Of a stretch of 64,000 bases of DNA, positions 19,157 through 29,363 are shown one piece after another (the first letter of the stretch is position 1; every line of letters starts with the position of its first letter). The stretch is taken from assembly GCA_031458695.1 (NCBI GenBank), contig JAVKJW010000002.1:64001-128000 (forward strand). Direction: 5' to 3'. The notes below the pieces were generated by a model that worked only from the letters and a program-made list of their open reading frames with translations, had not been told where the DNA came from and ran no database searches. Both the position numbers and the translations under genes were made by a program. The DNA is from Candidatus Thermofontivivens primus. GTDB taxonomy: Bacteria > Sysuimicrobiota > Sysuimicrobiia > Sysuimicrobiales > Thermofontiviventaceae.

Positions 19157-19500
19157 AGCGCCTGGACCCACCCATTGTGTCTGTTGCGTCGATCGCGTTG
19201 GTTGTGATCTTTGTTCTACACACGTGCATGGCAACTCCGTTATTTCAAGACGGGTCCCCGGCAAACGTTCAAAGACTTTTGCCGGGGTACGATGGAACGC
19301 AACAGACGCGAGAAACGCAGTGAACACAGGTGGGTTGACGAGGGAGGGGTTGTGGGTTCCGTGGAGATCCAAGATTTTCACGGAACCCCATCGAACCATT
19401 CGGCGGATGCCCCTAGGCCCGGCCCGGGCCTCCTTGGGAAGGGGAGCGAGAAGGAAACCTACAAATCCCGGGGGTAACCCCGGGGACAAAGGGTTTCCAG
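19157..19500 (+). ncRNA. glmS ribozyme (GlcN6P-activated) with large insertions
   Basis: AGCGCCTGGAC (19157), P1 ACCCACC/GGTGGGT, TGACGAGG, ATCGAA-CCA-TTCGGCGGATGCCCC, P4 ACAAA-stem with GTAA loop-ACAAA; upstream of glmS. Confidence 0.9.
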
Positions 19501-19710
19501 GGCACACAAGAGCGTGAGGCGTTTGGGGCAAGGAGGAGGGACTGCTCACTCCTCGCTCCTTCTCCGGCTGCAAAGGCTCCCAGCGGCACTGTGTACCTTC
19601 AGGGACCTTCTTCAGTTCTTGTGATGGACCCATCTCTGGGACCACGCCAAATCCAAGTTCTTCCACACAATATGCACGTATGTTGGTGACGACGCTGAAG
19701 GAGGTTCATC

Positions 19711-21537
19711 ATGTGTGGGATTATGGGCTACATTGGAGGACGGGACGCCCTTCCCATCCTCTTGGATGGGTTAAGGCGGCTGGAATACCGTGGATATGAT
19801 TCCGCGGGAGTTGCCGTCTATACCGGGGAGAGGTTGGAGATTCGGAAAGCGGCCGGCAAGCTGCGCCGCCTTGTGGAGATGGTCTCGGCCGCCCCGGTAC
19901 AGGGAACGGTGGGGATTGGACATACCCGCTGGGCCACGCACGGAAATCCTACCGACTATAATGCACACCCGCACAGCGATTGTAGAGGCCACATTGTGGT
20001 GATCCACAACGGGATCATTGAGAACTTCCTGGAGCTCAAGGAGGAGCTCCACCGCCGGGGACATCGCTTCCAGTCCGAGACGGATACAGAGGTCCTCGCC
20101 CACCTCATCGAGGAGGCCTACGAGGGGGATCTCGAGCGCGCTGTCCGCCATGCCATCTCCAGGGCCAGGGGGGCGTACGCCATCGTCGTGCTCTCCTCGC
20201 ATGAACCTGATAAGCTTATCGCCTGTCGGCAGATCAGCCCATTGATTGTGGGCCTGGGGGACGGGGAGACCTGGCTGGCCTCGGACATCCCTGCTCTCCT
20301 CCCCTATACGCGCAAGGTCATGGTGATCGAAGACGGTGAGATGGCCACGATCACCAGGGACGGCGTTCGCATTACCACCCTCAACGGGGAAGTAGTAGAG
20401 AAAACCCCCATCCATGTGACCTGGGATGCCGAGATGGCTGAGCGAGGTGGGTATCCCCACTTCATGCTGAAGGAGATCCACGAGCAGCCCCGGGCTCTCC
20501 AGGAGACCCTCATGGGCCGCTTGGACCACGCTGGTCAGATCAGCCTTGATGGGGTTTCCCTCCCCGATATATTCGTGGAGAGGCTGGAGAAGGTCTGGCT
20601 CGTGGCATGCGGGACCGCCTACCATGCCGGGCTTGTCGGAAAATGGCTCCTCGAGCACCTGAGCAGGATCCCAGCGGAAGCGGACCTCGCCTCCGAGCTG
20701 CGGTATCGGGACCCCCTGGTCTTTGGGACGAATCTCACTGTGGCCATCAGTCAGTCGGGGGAGACCGCGGACACCTTGGCGGCGGTCAGGGAGATGAAAG
20801 CCCGGGGGTCGCGGATCTTGGCCATTACCAACGTGGTCGGGAGCACCCTCACCCGTGAGGCGGACGATGTTCTCTATATTCGCGCTGGACCAGAGATCGC
20901 CGTGGCCTCCACGAAAGCTTACCTGACCATGCTCGTTGCCTTGACCATGCTGGCCATCGAGCTAGGCAGGCGACGTAAGGCAATCCCCGACGAACGGCTG
21001 AACGCCTTGCTTTATGGCCTCCGCGAGCTCCCCGGGAAGGCGCAGGATGTCCTCCGCAGGGAGCCAGAAGTCTTGGAGCTAGCGAAGCGGTACGCGCACT
21101 GTCAGGATATCTTCTTCATCGGCAGGGGCCTCGACTATGCCATCGCCATGGAAGGGTCCCTCAAACTCAAGGAGATCTCCTATGTCCACTCCGAGGCTCT
21201 GGCTGCAGGGGAACTGAAGCACGGAACTCTGGCGCTTGTTACAGATGGGGTTCCTGTCTTCGCCCTGTGCACGCAACGACACGTGCGGGAGAAAATGCTG
21301 AGTAACATCCAGGAGGTTAAGGCGCGCGGAGCCATGGTTGTTGCTGTGGCCTACGAAGATGATCGGGAGGTGGCATCCCTCGTAGACCATGTGATTCCCA
21401 TCCCGCCGGTGGACGATCTCCTGAGTCCCATCCTGGCCATTATCCCGCTCCAGCTCTTCGCGTATTACGTGGCGCGGGAGCGTGGTCACGACATTGACCA
21501 GCCGCGGAACCTGGCGAAGAGTGTGACGGTAGAGTAA
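19711..21537 (+). CDS. glmS: Glutamine-fructose-6-phosphate aminotransferase
   Basis: MCGIMG, LEYRGYDSAG, GHTRWATHG, SQSGETADT, VASTKA, ELKHG, PRNLAKSVTVE. Confidence 0.98.
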   Translation: MCGIMGYIGGRDALPILLDGLRRLEYRGYDSAGVAVYTGERLEIRKAAGKLRRLVEMVSAAPVQGTVGIGHTRWATHGNPTDYNAHPHSDCRGHIVVIHNGIIENFLELKEELHRRGHRFQSETDTEVLAHLIEEAYEGDLERAVRHAISRARGAYAIVVLSSHEPDKLIACRQISPLIVGLGDGETWLASDIPALLPYTRKVMVIEDGEMATITRDGVRITTLNGEVVEKTPIHVTWDAEMAERGGYPHFMLKEIHEQPRALQETLMGRLDHAGQISLDGVSLPDIFVERLEKVWLVACGTAYHAGLVGKWLLEHLSRIPAEADLASELRYRDPLVFGTNLTVAISQSGETADTLAAVREMKARGSRILAITNVVGSTLTREADDVLYIRAGPEIAVASTKAYLTMLVALTMLAIELGRRRKAIPDERLNALLYGLRELPGKAQDVLRREPEVLELAKRYAHCQDIFFIGRGLDYAIAMEGSLKLKEISYVHSEALAAGELKHGTLALVTDGVPVFALCTQRHVREKMLSNIQEVKARGAMVVAVAYEDDREVASLVDHVIPIPPVDDLLSPILAIIPLQLFAYYVARERGHDIDQPRNLAKSVTVE

Positions 21538-21562
21538 GTCCTTTCGCCATCCGTCAAGTCTG

Positions 21563-21616
21563 TTGCAATCGGGCATCTCCGTTGATACAATGGCTTCAGA
21601 TTCTGTGAACTGTTCA
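21563..21616 (+). promoter_or_regulatory. Promoter and candidate operator of the HTH-TPR gene
   Basis: TTGCAA-N17-TACAAT (21563-21591), then palindrome TGAAC-T-GTTCA (21606-21616). Confidence 0.55.
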
Positions 21617-21632
21617 AATGGGCGGGAGGACG

Positions 21633-22985
21633 ATGAGTGAGTCGCTAGGGCAGAGAGTTCGCCGCGCGCGCTTGGAGCTCGGGATGAGCCAGCATCAACT
21701 GGCCGCCCCCGATCTCTCCAAGAGCCTGATCAGTCTCATCGAAAACGACCGGCTACGACCTTCTCTGAAAACCCTCCAGAAAATTTCAGAGAGGCTTCAG
21801 AAACCCCTCACGTACTTCTTTGAAGTGGAAGGTCCACTCTCTGCGAAGGATCTCCGCCTCCTTCTTGAGATCGGGGAAACCGAGCTCGCCCGAGGCAGGT
21901 TCCCCCGTGCTCTCGAGGCTTTCCAATCGGCGTTAGATCTGGCAAGGTCCCTCGGCGATGCCCAAGCCGAGGTACGAGCCATGACGGGTCTGGGGGTCGC
22001 CTACAGGGAGACGGGGACATTGGAGAAGGCGGAGGCAACGCTGGGAGAAGCCCACGACCTTGCCAGGGCCAAAGGCGACAGCAACGCCCTCGTCCGTGTG
22101 CTCCTCGAGCTTGCGACCTTGGCCCTGCGCCAAGCCAAGCCCCGGCAAGCCCTTGGACACCTCCACGCAGCTTTGAAGATCCTGGAGGAGAGCCGCCTCC
22201 CCGACCCCTCCTTGAGGACCAGGACGCTCATGCTTCGCGGGATCGCGTACGGCCAGCTGGGGCAGTTCACCGAGGCGATCACAAGCTTTGAGGAAGCTTT
22301 GAAAGCGAGCGCAGGCAGCGGGGACTTGGCCAGGATGGGAGAGCTCTATGCAGAGATCGGTGCCGCACACCGCGCTTCTGGCAACCTCGAGGAAGCGATT
22401 CGCTACATGCAGCAGGCGCGGGAGACTTTCGAAGCGCTGGAAGACCTCAAGCGGGTCGGAGTGATCAGCCGGAACCTTGGGATGATCCTCATGGAGCGCG
22501 GGGACCCACAGGGTGCCCTTCCCCACCTGGAGCGGAGCGTCCGGATTACTGAGCAGATCGGCCAGGAGCACTCCCGCGCGTATACCCTTGCAGAACTGGG
22601 CCGTTGCCGACTTGCCCTGGGAGACGTTGTGGGGGCCCGTAAAGCGTGTGAGGAGGCCAAGCGCTTCCTTCCACCGGGTTCCGATTCGGCGGAACAGGGC
22701 CGGGTCGAGCTGGTTATGGCCCAGGTTGTTGATGCGGAAGGGCAGGTCGACCAAGCCATTGATCATGCCCGGAATGCTCTTGGGATCTTTGAGAAACTCG
22801 GCTTGACAGCGGATCTGGCGCGGGCTCGCATCGAGCTGGGGCGGCTTCTCCTGAAGAAGGGAGTGCCCACAGAGGCAGCTCCCCTCCTGTGGCAGGCGAT
22901 TGAGGAGCTAGGGGTGTTACGGAAAGGGCTTGCGGGGTTCCCTCAGGAAATGGGTTCACCCAGCGGTCCCAGCACAACCCTCTGA
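21633..22985 (+). CDS. XRE-HTH plus TPR-repeat transcriptional regulator
   Basis: LGQRVRRAR...SQ.QLA...SKSLISLIEND...PS HTH followed by many TPR-like helical repeats. Confidence 0.88.
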   Translation: MSESLGQRVRRARLELGMSQHQLAAPDLSKSLISLIENDRLRPSLKTLQKISERLQKPLTYFFEVEGPLSAKDLRLLLEIGETELARGRFPRALEAFQSALDLARSLGDAQAEVRAMTGLGVAYRETGTLEKAEATLGEAHDLARAKGDSNALVRVLLELATLALRQAKPRQALGHLHAALKILEESRLPDPSLRTRTLMLRGIAYGQLGQFTEAITSFEEALKASAGSGDLARMGELYAEIGAAHRASGNLEEAIRYMQQARETFEALEDLKRVGVISRNLGMILMERGDPQGALPHLERSVRITEQIGQEHSRAYTLAELGRCRLALGDVVGARKACEEAKRFLPPGSDSAEQGRVELVMAQVVDAEGQVDQAIDHARNALGIFEKLGLTADLARARIELGRLLLKKGVPTEAAPLLWQAIEELGVLRKGLAGFPQEMGSPSGPSTTL

Positions 22986-23045
22986 GAACGTGCATAAGAT
23001 CCTTACCGGGTGCTTCATGGGAATGGCAGGGGAGGAGGCACGTCG

Positions 23046-23210
23046 ATGATCGATAAAGAGCTTTTGGAGATCCTGGCCTGTCCCCTTTGTAAGACGCCTG
23101 TAGAACTTGTGGAGGACCGCCTTGTCTGCACGCATTGTGGTCGTCGCTATCCCATCCGGGATGGAATCCCTGTCATGCTCATCGACGAGGCGGAGCTTCC
23201 AGGTTCCTGA
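23046..23210 (+). CDS. Trm112-family protein
   Basis: LLEILACPLCK...LVC..CGRRYPIRDGIPVML.DEA. Confidence 0.93.
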   Translation: MIDKELLEILACPLCKTPVELVEDRLVCTHCGRRYPIRDGIPVMLIDEAELPGS

Positions 23211-23285
23211 ACTACCCTACGCGATCCCTCGGGTGGAATTCTTTCCCATTGCAGGGCCCCTCGACGATCTGGTTGGAGGCGGGCA

Positions 23286-24881
23286 ATGCGACTTGTGACC
23301 GCTTCGGAAATGGCCGAGTTTGACCGCAGGGCAGTGGAGGAATACGGCATCCCACGCCTCCTCCTCATGGAGCACGCCGGGTGGAAGGTGGCGTGGGTCG
23401 CTCGGGCCCTCCTCCATGGAAGGGAGGGGAGGAGGGTCCTTGTGCTGGCCGGGAAGGGGAACAACGGGGGGGATGGGCTTGTAGCTGCCCGTCACCTCCA
23501 AAGCCTTGGGATCCCCGTTCGAATTGTGTTGTTTGGCAAGGAGGAAGAGGTTGCCGGGGAGGCCAGGATAAACCTGGAGATTGCCAAGAGAATTGGGTTG
23601 GAGATCGTGCGGGGGGATCAAGACACCCAGGTGGTGCAAGAAGAGGTAAAACATGCTGACCTGCTCATCGATGCCCTCCTCGGCACAGGCTTCCGTGGGG
23701 TTGTGCGCGGGGCCATGGCCGATGCCATCGAGATTGCCAATGCCTCAAGGAAGCCCATCCTTGCAGTAGACCTGCCCTCTGGCCTCGATGCGGATACCGG
23801 GCGTGTGGAGGGACCCTGCATGCGTGCCGCTGTGACGGTCACGATGGGGCTCCCCAAGATCGGGCTCTTCCTCTACCCCGGCGCATCCTTTGTAGGGAGG
23901 CTTTACCTCGCCGACATCGGTTTCCCCCGTGCCCTGCTGGAATCCCAGGGATGGGCCCAGCTCGCTGGTCCGGAATTGGTCCGAGAGAACCTTCCACCGC
24001 GGCGCCCCGACACCCATAAAGGGGATTATGGGCGCGTTTTTCTCCTTGCCGGATCTGTCGGGTACACCGGGGCCGCGGCCCTGTGCGCGCTTGGGGCGGT
24101 GCGCGCCGGCGCAGGTCTCGTGACGCTCGGGGTACCCGAGACGATCTACCCGATCGTGGGAAGCAAGGTGACCGAGGCGATGCCTACCCCCCTCCCTGCG
24201 GACGGGACTTCCCTCTCCGAAGCGGCCGTAGAGCGGGTCCTGACACTTGCCGCAGCGGCCGATGTGGTTGCTGCGGGTCCCGGTCTCTCCACCGCTCCAG
24301 GCGTTGCCCGGGTGATCCGGGCATTGCTCCAGGTAGGCCGCCCCATCGTGCTCGATGCAGACGCCCTCAACGTCCTGGCGGGTCAGAGTGAGATCTTGCG
24401 CAGCGCCGCAGGACCTGTGGTGATCACCCCTCACCCCGGGGAGATGGCCAGGCTGTTAGGGATCTCGACGCGGGAGGTGCAGAGTGATCGGGTGGGAATC
24501 GCTCGCCGGGTGAGCCAGGATCTTCGCGTGACTGTGGTTCTGAAAGGGGCGCGCACGATCGTTGCGGATCCTTCTGGGGGAGTCACCATCATCCCTACGG
24601 GCAATCCAGGGATGGCAACGGGGGGAATGGGCGACGTCCTAACGGGAGCGATTGCTGCACTGATCGGCCAGGGGATCCAGCCATCGACGGCGGCTGCGCT
24701 CGGAGCCTACCTCCACGGCCTCGCGGGAGATCTCCTCGCTCAGGAGACGGGGGGGATCGGGCTTCTTGCTTCAGAAGTGGCCAACCGGCTGCCTGTGGCG
24801 ATTGCGCGGGCGCGTTCAGGGCAGGTGGAGGAACCAGTCCTCCGGATTGAGGGAAGGGAGGCCTCTCTCCCCTCCCCATGA
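23286..24881 (+). CDS. nnr: Bifunctional NAD(P)HX epimerase/dehydratase
   Basis: GKGNNGGDG, DALLGTG, DLPSG, HKGDYG, LDADAL, ITPHPGEM, ATGGMGDVL. Confidence 0.95.
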   Translation: MRLVTASEMAEFDRRAVEEYGIPRLLLMEHAGWKVAWVARALLHGREGRRVLVLAGKGNNGGDGLVAARHLQSLGIPVRIVLFGKEEEVAGEARINLEIAKRIGLEIVRGDQDTQVVQEEVKHADLLIDALLGTGFRGVVRGAMADAIEIANASRKPILAVDLPSGLDADTGRVEGPCMRAAVTVTMGLPKIGLFLYPGASFVGRLYLADIGFPRALLESQGWAQLAGPELVRENLPPRRPDTHKGDYGRVFLLAGSVGYTGAAALCALGAVRAGAGLVTLGVPETIYPIVGSKVTEAMPTPLPADGTSLSEAAVERVLTLAAAADVVAAGPGLSTAPGVARVIRALLQVGRPIVLDADALNVLAGQSEILRSAAGPVVITPHPGEMARLLGISTREVQSDRVGIARRVSQDLRVTVVLKGARTIVADPSGGVTIIPTGNPGMATGGMGDVLTGAIAALIGQGIQPSTAAALGAYLHGLAGDLLAQETGGIGLLASEVANRLPVAIARARSGQVEEPVLRIEGREASLPSP

Positions 24882-24915
24882 ATCCAAGTGCGTGAGGGAT
24901 TCCAGGAGGTTTGGT

Positions 24916-26037
24916 GTGGAGTTGCGTACCTTAACCCTCCGGCCGGCGTGGGCAGAGGTGGACCTGGGGGCAATCCGTGGGAACGTCCAAGCCCTATGCG
25001 CCTTACTGGGTCCGGGGACCAAGCTCCTTGCCGTGGTCAAGGCAAATGGGTACGGACATGGGGCAGTCGAGGTGGCGAAGGCCTGCCTCCAGGCAGGCGC
25101 TTCCTGGCTGGGGGTGGCTATCCCCGAGGAGGCGCTCTCCCTCCGGGAGGCCGGGATCTCCGCCCCGATCCTCATCCTGGGGTATATGCCGCCGCAGGCA
25201 GCGGAAGCAGTCGTGGACGCAGAGCTCTCTGCCGCGGTGTTCAGCGAGCAGGTTGCGCAGGCACTTTCCCGTGCTTCCCGCAAGCTGGGAAAACCCGCTC
25301 GGGTGCATCTCAAGGTAGACACTGGAATGGGACGGCTGGGCGTAAGCCCGGAAGGAATTCGGGATTTCGTCCGGCGCATCCGGCAGTTGCCAGGTCTTCT
25401 CATCGAGGGAGTCTTCACCCACTTTGCCACTGCCGATGAGGAAGACCTTTCCTACTGCCGGCAACAGCTGGAGAGGTTCTATCAGGTGCTGGAGGTCCTG
25501 GAAGGGGAGGGACTGCCCATCTCTCTCCGGCATGCAGCCAATAGTGCCGCAACCCTCTCCCTGCCTGAGAGCCACCTCGATATGGTGCGCGTGGGGCTAG
25601 CGTTGTACGGGATCCCTCCAGCGATCCACCTCAATGGGAAGGTCCCTCTCAAGCCCGCCATGGCTTTGAAGGGGCGTGTCGCGTTTGTCAAGCGGGTGCC
25701 CCCTGGGACAAGTATCAGCTATGGGAGGACGTACACGACGCGTAGGGAGACCGTGGTTGCTACAATCCCTATCGGGTATGCGGACGGGTATCCTCGGTCC
25801 CTGTCGAACAGAGGGTACGTCCTGCTGAAGAATCGCCGTCTCCCTGTGATAGGGCGGGTCTGCATGGATCATTTCATGGTCGATGCGACAGAGGTGGCGC
25901 CTGTGGAGGAGGGAGAGGAGGTCATGCTCTTTGGTCCCGGCCTTCCTGTAGAAGAGGTCGCGGAGTGGGCGGGGACCATCCCTTACGAGATCCTAACCGG
26001 AGTCAGCAGCAGGGTCCCGCGGGTTTATCACTCTTAG
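24916..26037 (+). CDS. alr: Alanine racemase
   Basis: AVVKANGYGHG, HLKVDTGMGRLG, THFA, GYADG, GRVCMD; GTG start after AGGAGG. Confidence 0.96.
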   Translation: MELRTLTLRPAWAEVDLGAIRGNVQALCALLGPGTKLLAVVKANGYGHGAVEVAKACLQAGASWLGVAIPEEALSLREAGISAPILILGYMPPQAAEAVVDAELSAAVFSEQVAQALSRASRKLGKPARVHLKVDTGMGRLGVSPEGIRDFVRRIRQLPGLLIEGVFTHFATADEEDLSYCRQQLERFYQVLEVLEGEGLPISLRHAANSAATLSLPESHLDMVRVGLALYGIPPAIHLNGKVPLKPAMALKGRVAFVKRVPPGTSISYGRTYTTRRETVVATIPIGYADGYPRSLSNRGYVLLKNRRLPVIGRVCMDHFMVDATEVAPVEEGEEVMLFGPGLPVEEVAEWAGTIPYEILTGVSSRVPRVYHS

Positions 26038-26049
26038 GGGGAGAGCAGG

Positions 26050-26865
26050 ATGAAAGTAGCATTCCAGGGAGAGAGGGGGGCGTATAGCGAGGAGGCCGTG
26101 GCGCTCCTGTTCCACGATGTCGATCTCCTCCCTTGCAGGACCCTCCGAGAGGTGTTCGAGGCGACTGCGGCGGGAAGCGTGGACAGCGGGGTCGTCCCGG
26201 TGGAGAACTCCCAAGCGGGGAGCATCAACGAGACATACGATCTCCTCCTGCGCTATGACCTGTTCATCACAGGCGAGGTGGACGTCCGCGTGCAGCACTG
26301 CCTCCTTGGTCTTCCGGGGGAGACCCTGGAATCGATCAAGAAGGTTTTCTCCCATCCCCAGGCCCTTGCCCAGTGCGAGGAGTTCCTCCGTCGCCTAGGA
26401 GCCGAGATGATCCCCACCTACGATACCGCGGGGAGTGCCAAAATGGTTGCCCATGAGAAGCTCAGTGGATGCGCGGCAGTCGCCAGTCGGCGTGCAGCCA
26501 TGCTCTATGGTCTCCAAGTACTCGCCTCCGGGATTGAGACCAACCCAGACAACTACACCAAGTTCCTAGCCATCGGTAGGGAGCCTGCACCGTATACTCC
26601 GGTCTCTAAGACCTCCCTCGTCTTCGCAACGCGCAATGTTCCGGGGGCGCTCTACCGAGCTCTGGGTGTCTTTGCCACCCGAGAGATCAACCTGACCAAG
26701 TTGGAATCCCGTCCCAGCAGGCGCAGGCCTTGGGAGTATATCTTCTATCTCGACTTTGAGGGACATCTCCAAGACTCTGCGTGTCGGGAGGCTCTCGAGG
26801 AGCTCAAGAAGTATACAACTTTTCTGAAGATTCTGGGATCCTATCCAAAGGTGCCAAGTCCCTAG
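26050..26865 (+). CDS. pheA: Prephenate dehydratase
   Basis: FQGERGAYSE, PVENS, SHPQALAQC, NYTKF, ACT domain with LESRP. Confidence 0.95.
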   Translation: MKVAFQGERGAYSEEAVALLFHDVDLLPCRTLREVFEATAAGSVDSGVVPVENSQAGSINETYDLLLRYDLFITGEVDVRVQHCLLGLPGETLESIKKVFSHPQALAQCEEFLRRLGAEMIPTYDTAGSAKMVAHEKLSGCAAVASRRAAMLYGLQVLASGIETNPDNYTKFLAIGREPAPYTPVSKTSLVFATRNVPGALYRALGVFATREINLTKLESRPSRRRPWEYIFYLDFEGHLQDSACREALEELKKYTTFLKILGSYPKVPSP

Positions 26866-26957
26866 GGCCTGCAGTTGGCGCTTTTGCGCCATTGTCAGAG
26901 ATTTCCTTGACGCCGGTCCCGGGGAGAAGGTAAAGATAATGATGGGAGGGTTCTTCT

Positions 26958-27329
26958 ATGCGGCTGCCCCGGAACCGGCTTGAAGAGTGGCGCAGGCAAC
27001 TTGCCAAAGACTTCCATAAGCCGGTCTCCATGGTCAAGGTGGTCCGGCAGGGGGGGAGCGAGTATCTCCACCTGAAGGTTACTCCTGCGGAAATCGAGCG
27101 CTATCTGTCCACTCGTTATCCCACCCTCTCTCAGGCAACGCCTCCACTGAAGAGAGGACGTCACCATCTAAGGGTTGTTCCGGCCGAGACCCTCGATGTG
27201 GAGGAGGTCCCCCTGGAGTCGGAGAACGTGCCAGAAGAGGTGGGGGTTGAGACGGAAGAAGAGGAAGAGGTCGACCTCGGAGAAGAACCCGGGGGACCTC
27301 TCCGGTATCGCATGCGCCGGGCCGCGTGA
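26958..27329 (+). CDS. Hypothetical protein with acidic C-terminal tract
   Basis: GGGAGG RBS, 123-aa ORF filling the gap; no family recognised. Confidence 0.65.
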   Translation: MRLPRNRLEEWRRQLAKDFHKPVSMVKVVRQGGSEYLHLKVTPAEIERYLSTRYPTLSQATPPLKRGRHHLRVVPAETLDVEEVPLESENVPEEVGVETEEEEEVDLGEEPGGPLRYRMRRAA

Positions 27330-27467
27330 GCGCCCCGCAACAGAAGCATCCCCTTCCTTCGTTGGATGGGAGCCCTGGCAGAAGTCCAGACCTTTTCTGG
27401 TATATGAGGATAGTCCACGCCCCAATGCATTTGCGAAGAGCATGTGAGGGCATGTGTGGAGGTGTTC

Positions 27468-28469
27468 ATGCAGCTCGGTAGGTTCCCTCGTGTGAAACTT
27501 GCCTCCCTTCCTACTCCACTGGAAGAGATGCCGCGGCTCACCGAGATCCTTGGAGGTCCCCGGCTATTGATCAAGCGCGATGATCTCACCGGCTTGGCCA
27601 TGGGCGGGAACAAGGCCCGTAAGCTCGAGTTTCTCCTTGGGGAAGCCAGGTCCCGCGGGGCAGATGTTGTGGTGACGACGGGAGCCTTGCAATCGAACCA
27701 CGCCAGGATGACCGCGGCGGCCGCCCAGAAGCTTGGGTTAAGGGCCATCCTCGTGTTGAGTGGGGAAGAGCCAGCGGAATATCAAGGGAACCTCCTCCTA
27801 GACGCGTTGTTTGGCGCGGAGGTTCGGGTGATCCAGAGCGAGGAGGAGTACATTCTCCACGCCACCATGGAGGATGTGGCACGGGAACTTTCCCGGGAGG
27901 GACATCGTCCCTACCTGATTCCCCTCGGTGGATCCACGGGCCTCGGTGCGTGTGCGTATATCGAAGCAGCCCTGGAGCTTCTCCTCCAAGCCAATGCCAT
28001 GGGTGTGGCTGTGGACGCCATTGTGCACGCGACCAGCTCCGGAGGAACCCAAGCAGGCCTGTTCGTGGGTACGAAGTTGACCCAGGCACACATCAAGGTC
28101 GTGGGGATCAGCGCAGGGCCGCCGCGGGAGGTGGTGGAACGGAGAGTCGCCAGTATCGTGGAGGAAGTAGCCAGGCTCCTCCAGTTGGACCTAAGGGCTC
28201 ATCCTGACGATCTGATCGTTCTTGATGGGTACGTGGGCGATGGGTACGGGATTCCTACGCCCCAGTGCATCGACGCGATTCGTCTCCTCGCTCGCACCGA
28301 AGGGATCCTCCTGGACCCTGTCTATACAGGGAAGGCGATGGCAGGCCTCATCGATCTCATCCGGCAAGGTCATTTTGATCCTTCCCAAACTGTCGTGTTC
28401 TGGCACACTGGAGGGATCCCAGCGCTATTCGCCCATGCGAGGGCGTTGAGCGCCCCTAAAGAATTTTGA
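27468..28469 (+). CDS. D-cysteine desulfhydrase / ACC deaminase family PLP enzyme
   Basis: IKRDD, GGNKARKLE, QSNHAR, SGGTQAG, LDPVYTGKA, HTGG. Confidence 0.92.
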   Translation: MQLGRFPRVKLASLPTPLEEMPRLTEILGGPRLLIKRDDLTGLAMGGNKARKLEFLLGEARSRGADVVVTTGALQSNHARMTAAAAQKLGLRAILVLSGEEPAEYQGNLLLDALFGAEVRVIQSEEEYILHATMEDVARELSREGHRPYLIPLGGSTGLGACAYIEAALELLLQANAMGVAVDAIVHATSSGGTQAGLFVGTKLTQAHIKVVGISAGPPREVVERRVASIVEEVARLLQLDLRAHPDDLIVLDGYVGDGYGIPTPQCIDAIRLLARTEGILLDPVYTGKAMAGLIDLIRQGHFDPSQTVVFWHTGGIPALFAHARALSAPKEF

Positions 28470-28533
28470 CAAGATTTTGCTGGGGCCTGGTCGTCGCTAC
28501 AGACATGTGGCGGGGTAGTGAGAGGGGTGAGGT

Positions 28534-29238
28534 ATGGTAATCTGCATCGGGATAACGTGGAAAGCGTGCACAGAGGACAATGCGCCGTTGCCCACGCCGT
28601 ACATCCGGGCCGTAGAGCAGGGAGGAGGTGTAGAGGTGGTGCTTCTCACACCAGCACCCGGGGTTCATCCAGAACGTGTTCTGGACGAGATTCATGGCCT
28701 TCTCCTCCCCGGAGGCGTGGACGTCCATCCCCGCCACTACGGTCAGGATCCGCACCCTCTCCTGGGCCAGGTGGATGAGGAGCGGGATGCGCTGGAGCTC
28801 TCCTTGATCCAGGAGGCCCTGCGGCGGGATCTCCCTATCCTGGCCATCTGCAGAGGGATCCAGGTCCTCAACGTGGCAGCCGGAGGGACGTTGTTCCAAG
28901 ACCTCTCCCTTGCCGGGGTGGACGCAGCCCGCCATAGGACCACAGAGCCCGAGTGGGGAATCGCTCACCAGCTCTCGATCCGCGAGGGGAGCCTGCTCCA
29001 AGCGATTGTGGGCGTGCGGGAGATGGGTGTCAATACGTTCCACCACCAGGCCGTGGATCGCGTGGCGCGCGGGTTCGTGGTGACTGCCCAAAGCGAGGAT
29101 GGCGTAGTGGAGGCAATCGAGAGCACGAAGCACCGGTTCGTTTTGGGTGTCCAGTGGCATCCTGAGAGGATGGTGGACCATCATCCCCTCCAGCGCAAGC
29201 TCTTCGAGGCTTTCCTTTCCGCTGCCCGCGCATCCTGA
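28534..29238 (+). CDS. Peptidase C26 / gamma-glutamyl-GABA hydrolase family amidotransferase
   Basis: PGGVDVHP..YG, AICRG.Q, N.FHHQA, GVQWHPE. Confidence 0.92.
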   Translation: MVICIGITWKACTEDNAPLPTPYIRAVEQGGGVEVVLLTPAPGVHPERVLDEIHGLLLPGGVDVHPRHYGQDPHPLLGQVDEERDALELSLIQEALRRDLPILAICRGIQVLNVAAGGTLFQDLSLAGVDAARHRTTEPEWGIAHQLSIREGSLLQAIVGVREMGVNTFHHQAVDRVARGFVVTAQSEDGVVEAIESTKHRFVLGVQWHPERMVDHHPLQRKLFEAFLSAARAS

Positions 29239-29363
29239 GCAAAGTCCTTCCGCAAAGATCGAAAGGGCTTTGGCGAGGGCTCTTTTTGGAAAACCAGGTA
29301 ACCTTGACCTCCTCTGGAGTATGCTATAATCGCATCGTGCAGACAGGAACCATCTCGCAATCC

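Noticed and set aside
19028..19666. ORFs between glmM and glmS
   Set aside because: The region is explained by the glmS ribozyme leader
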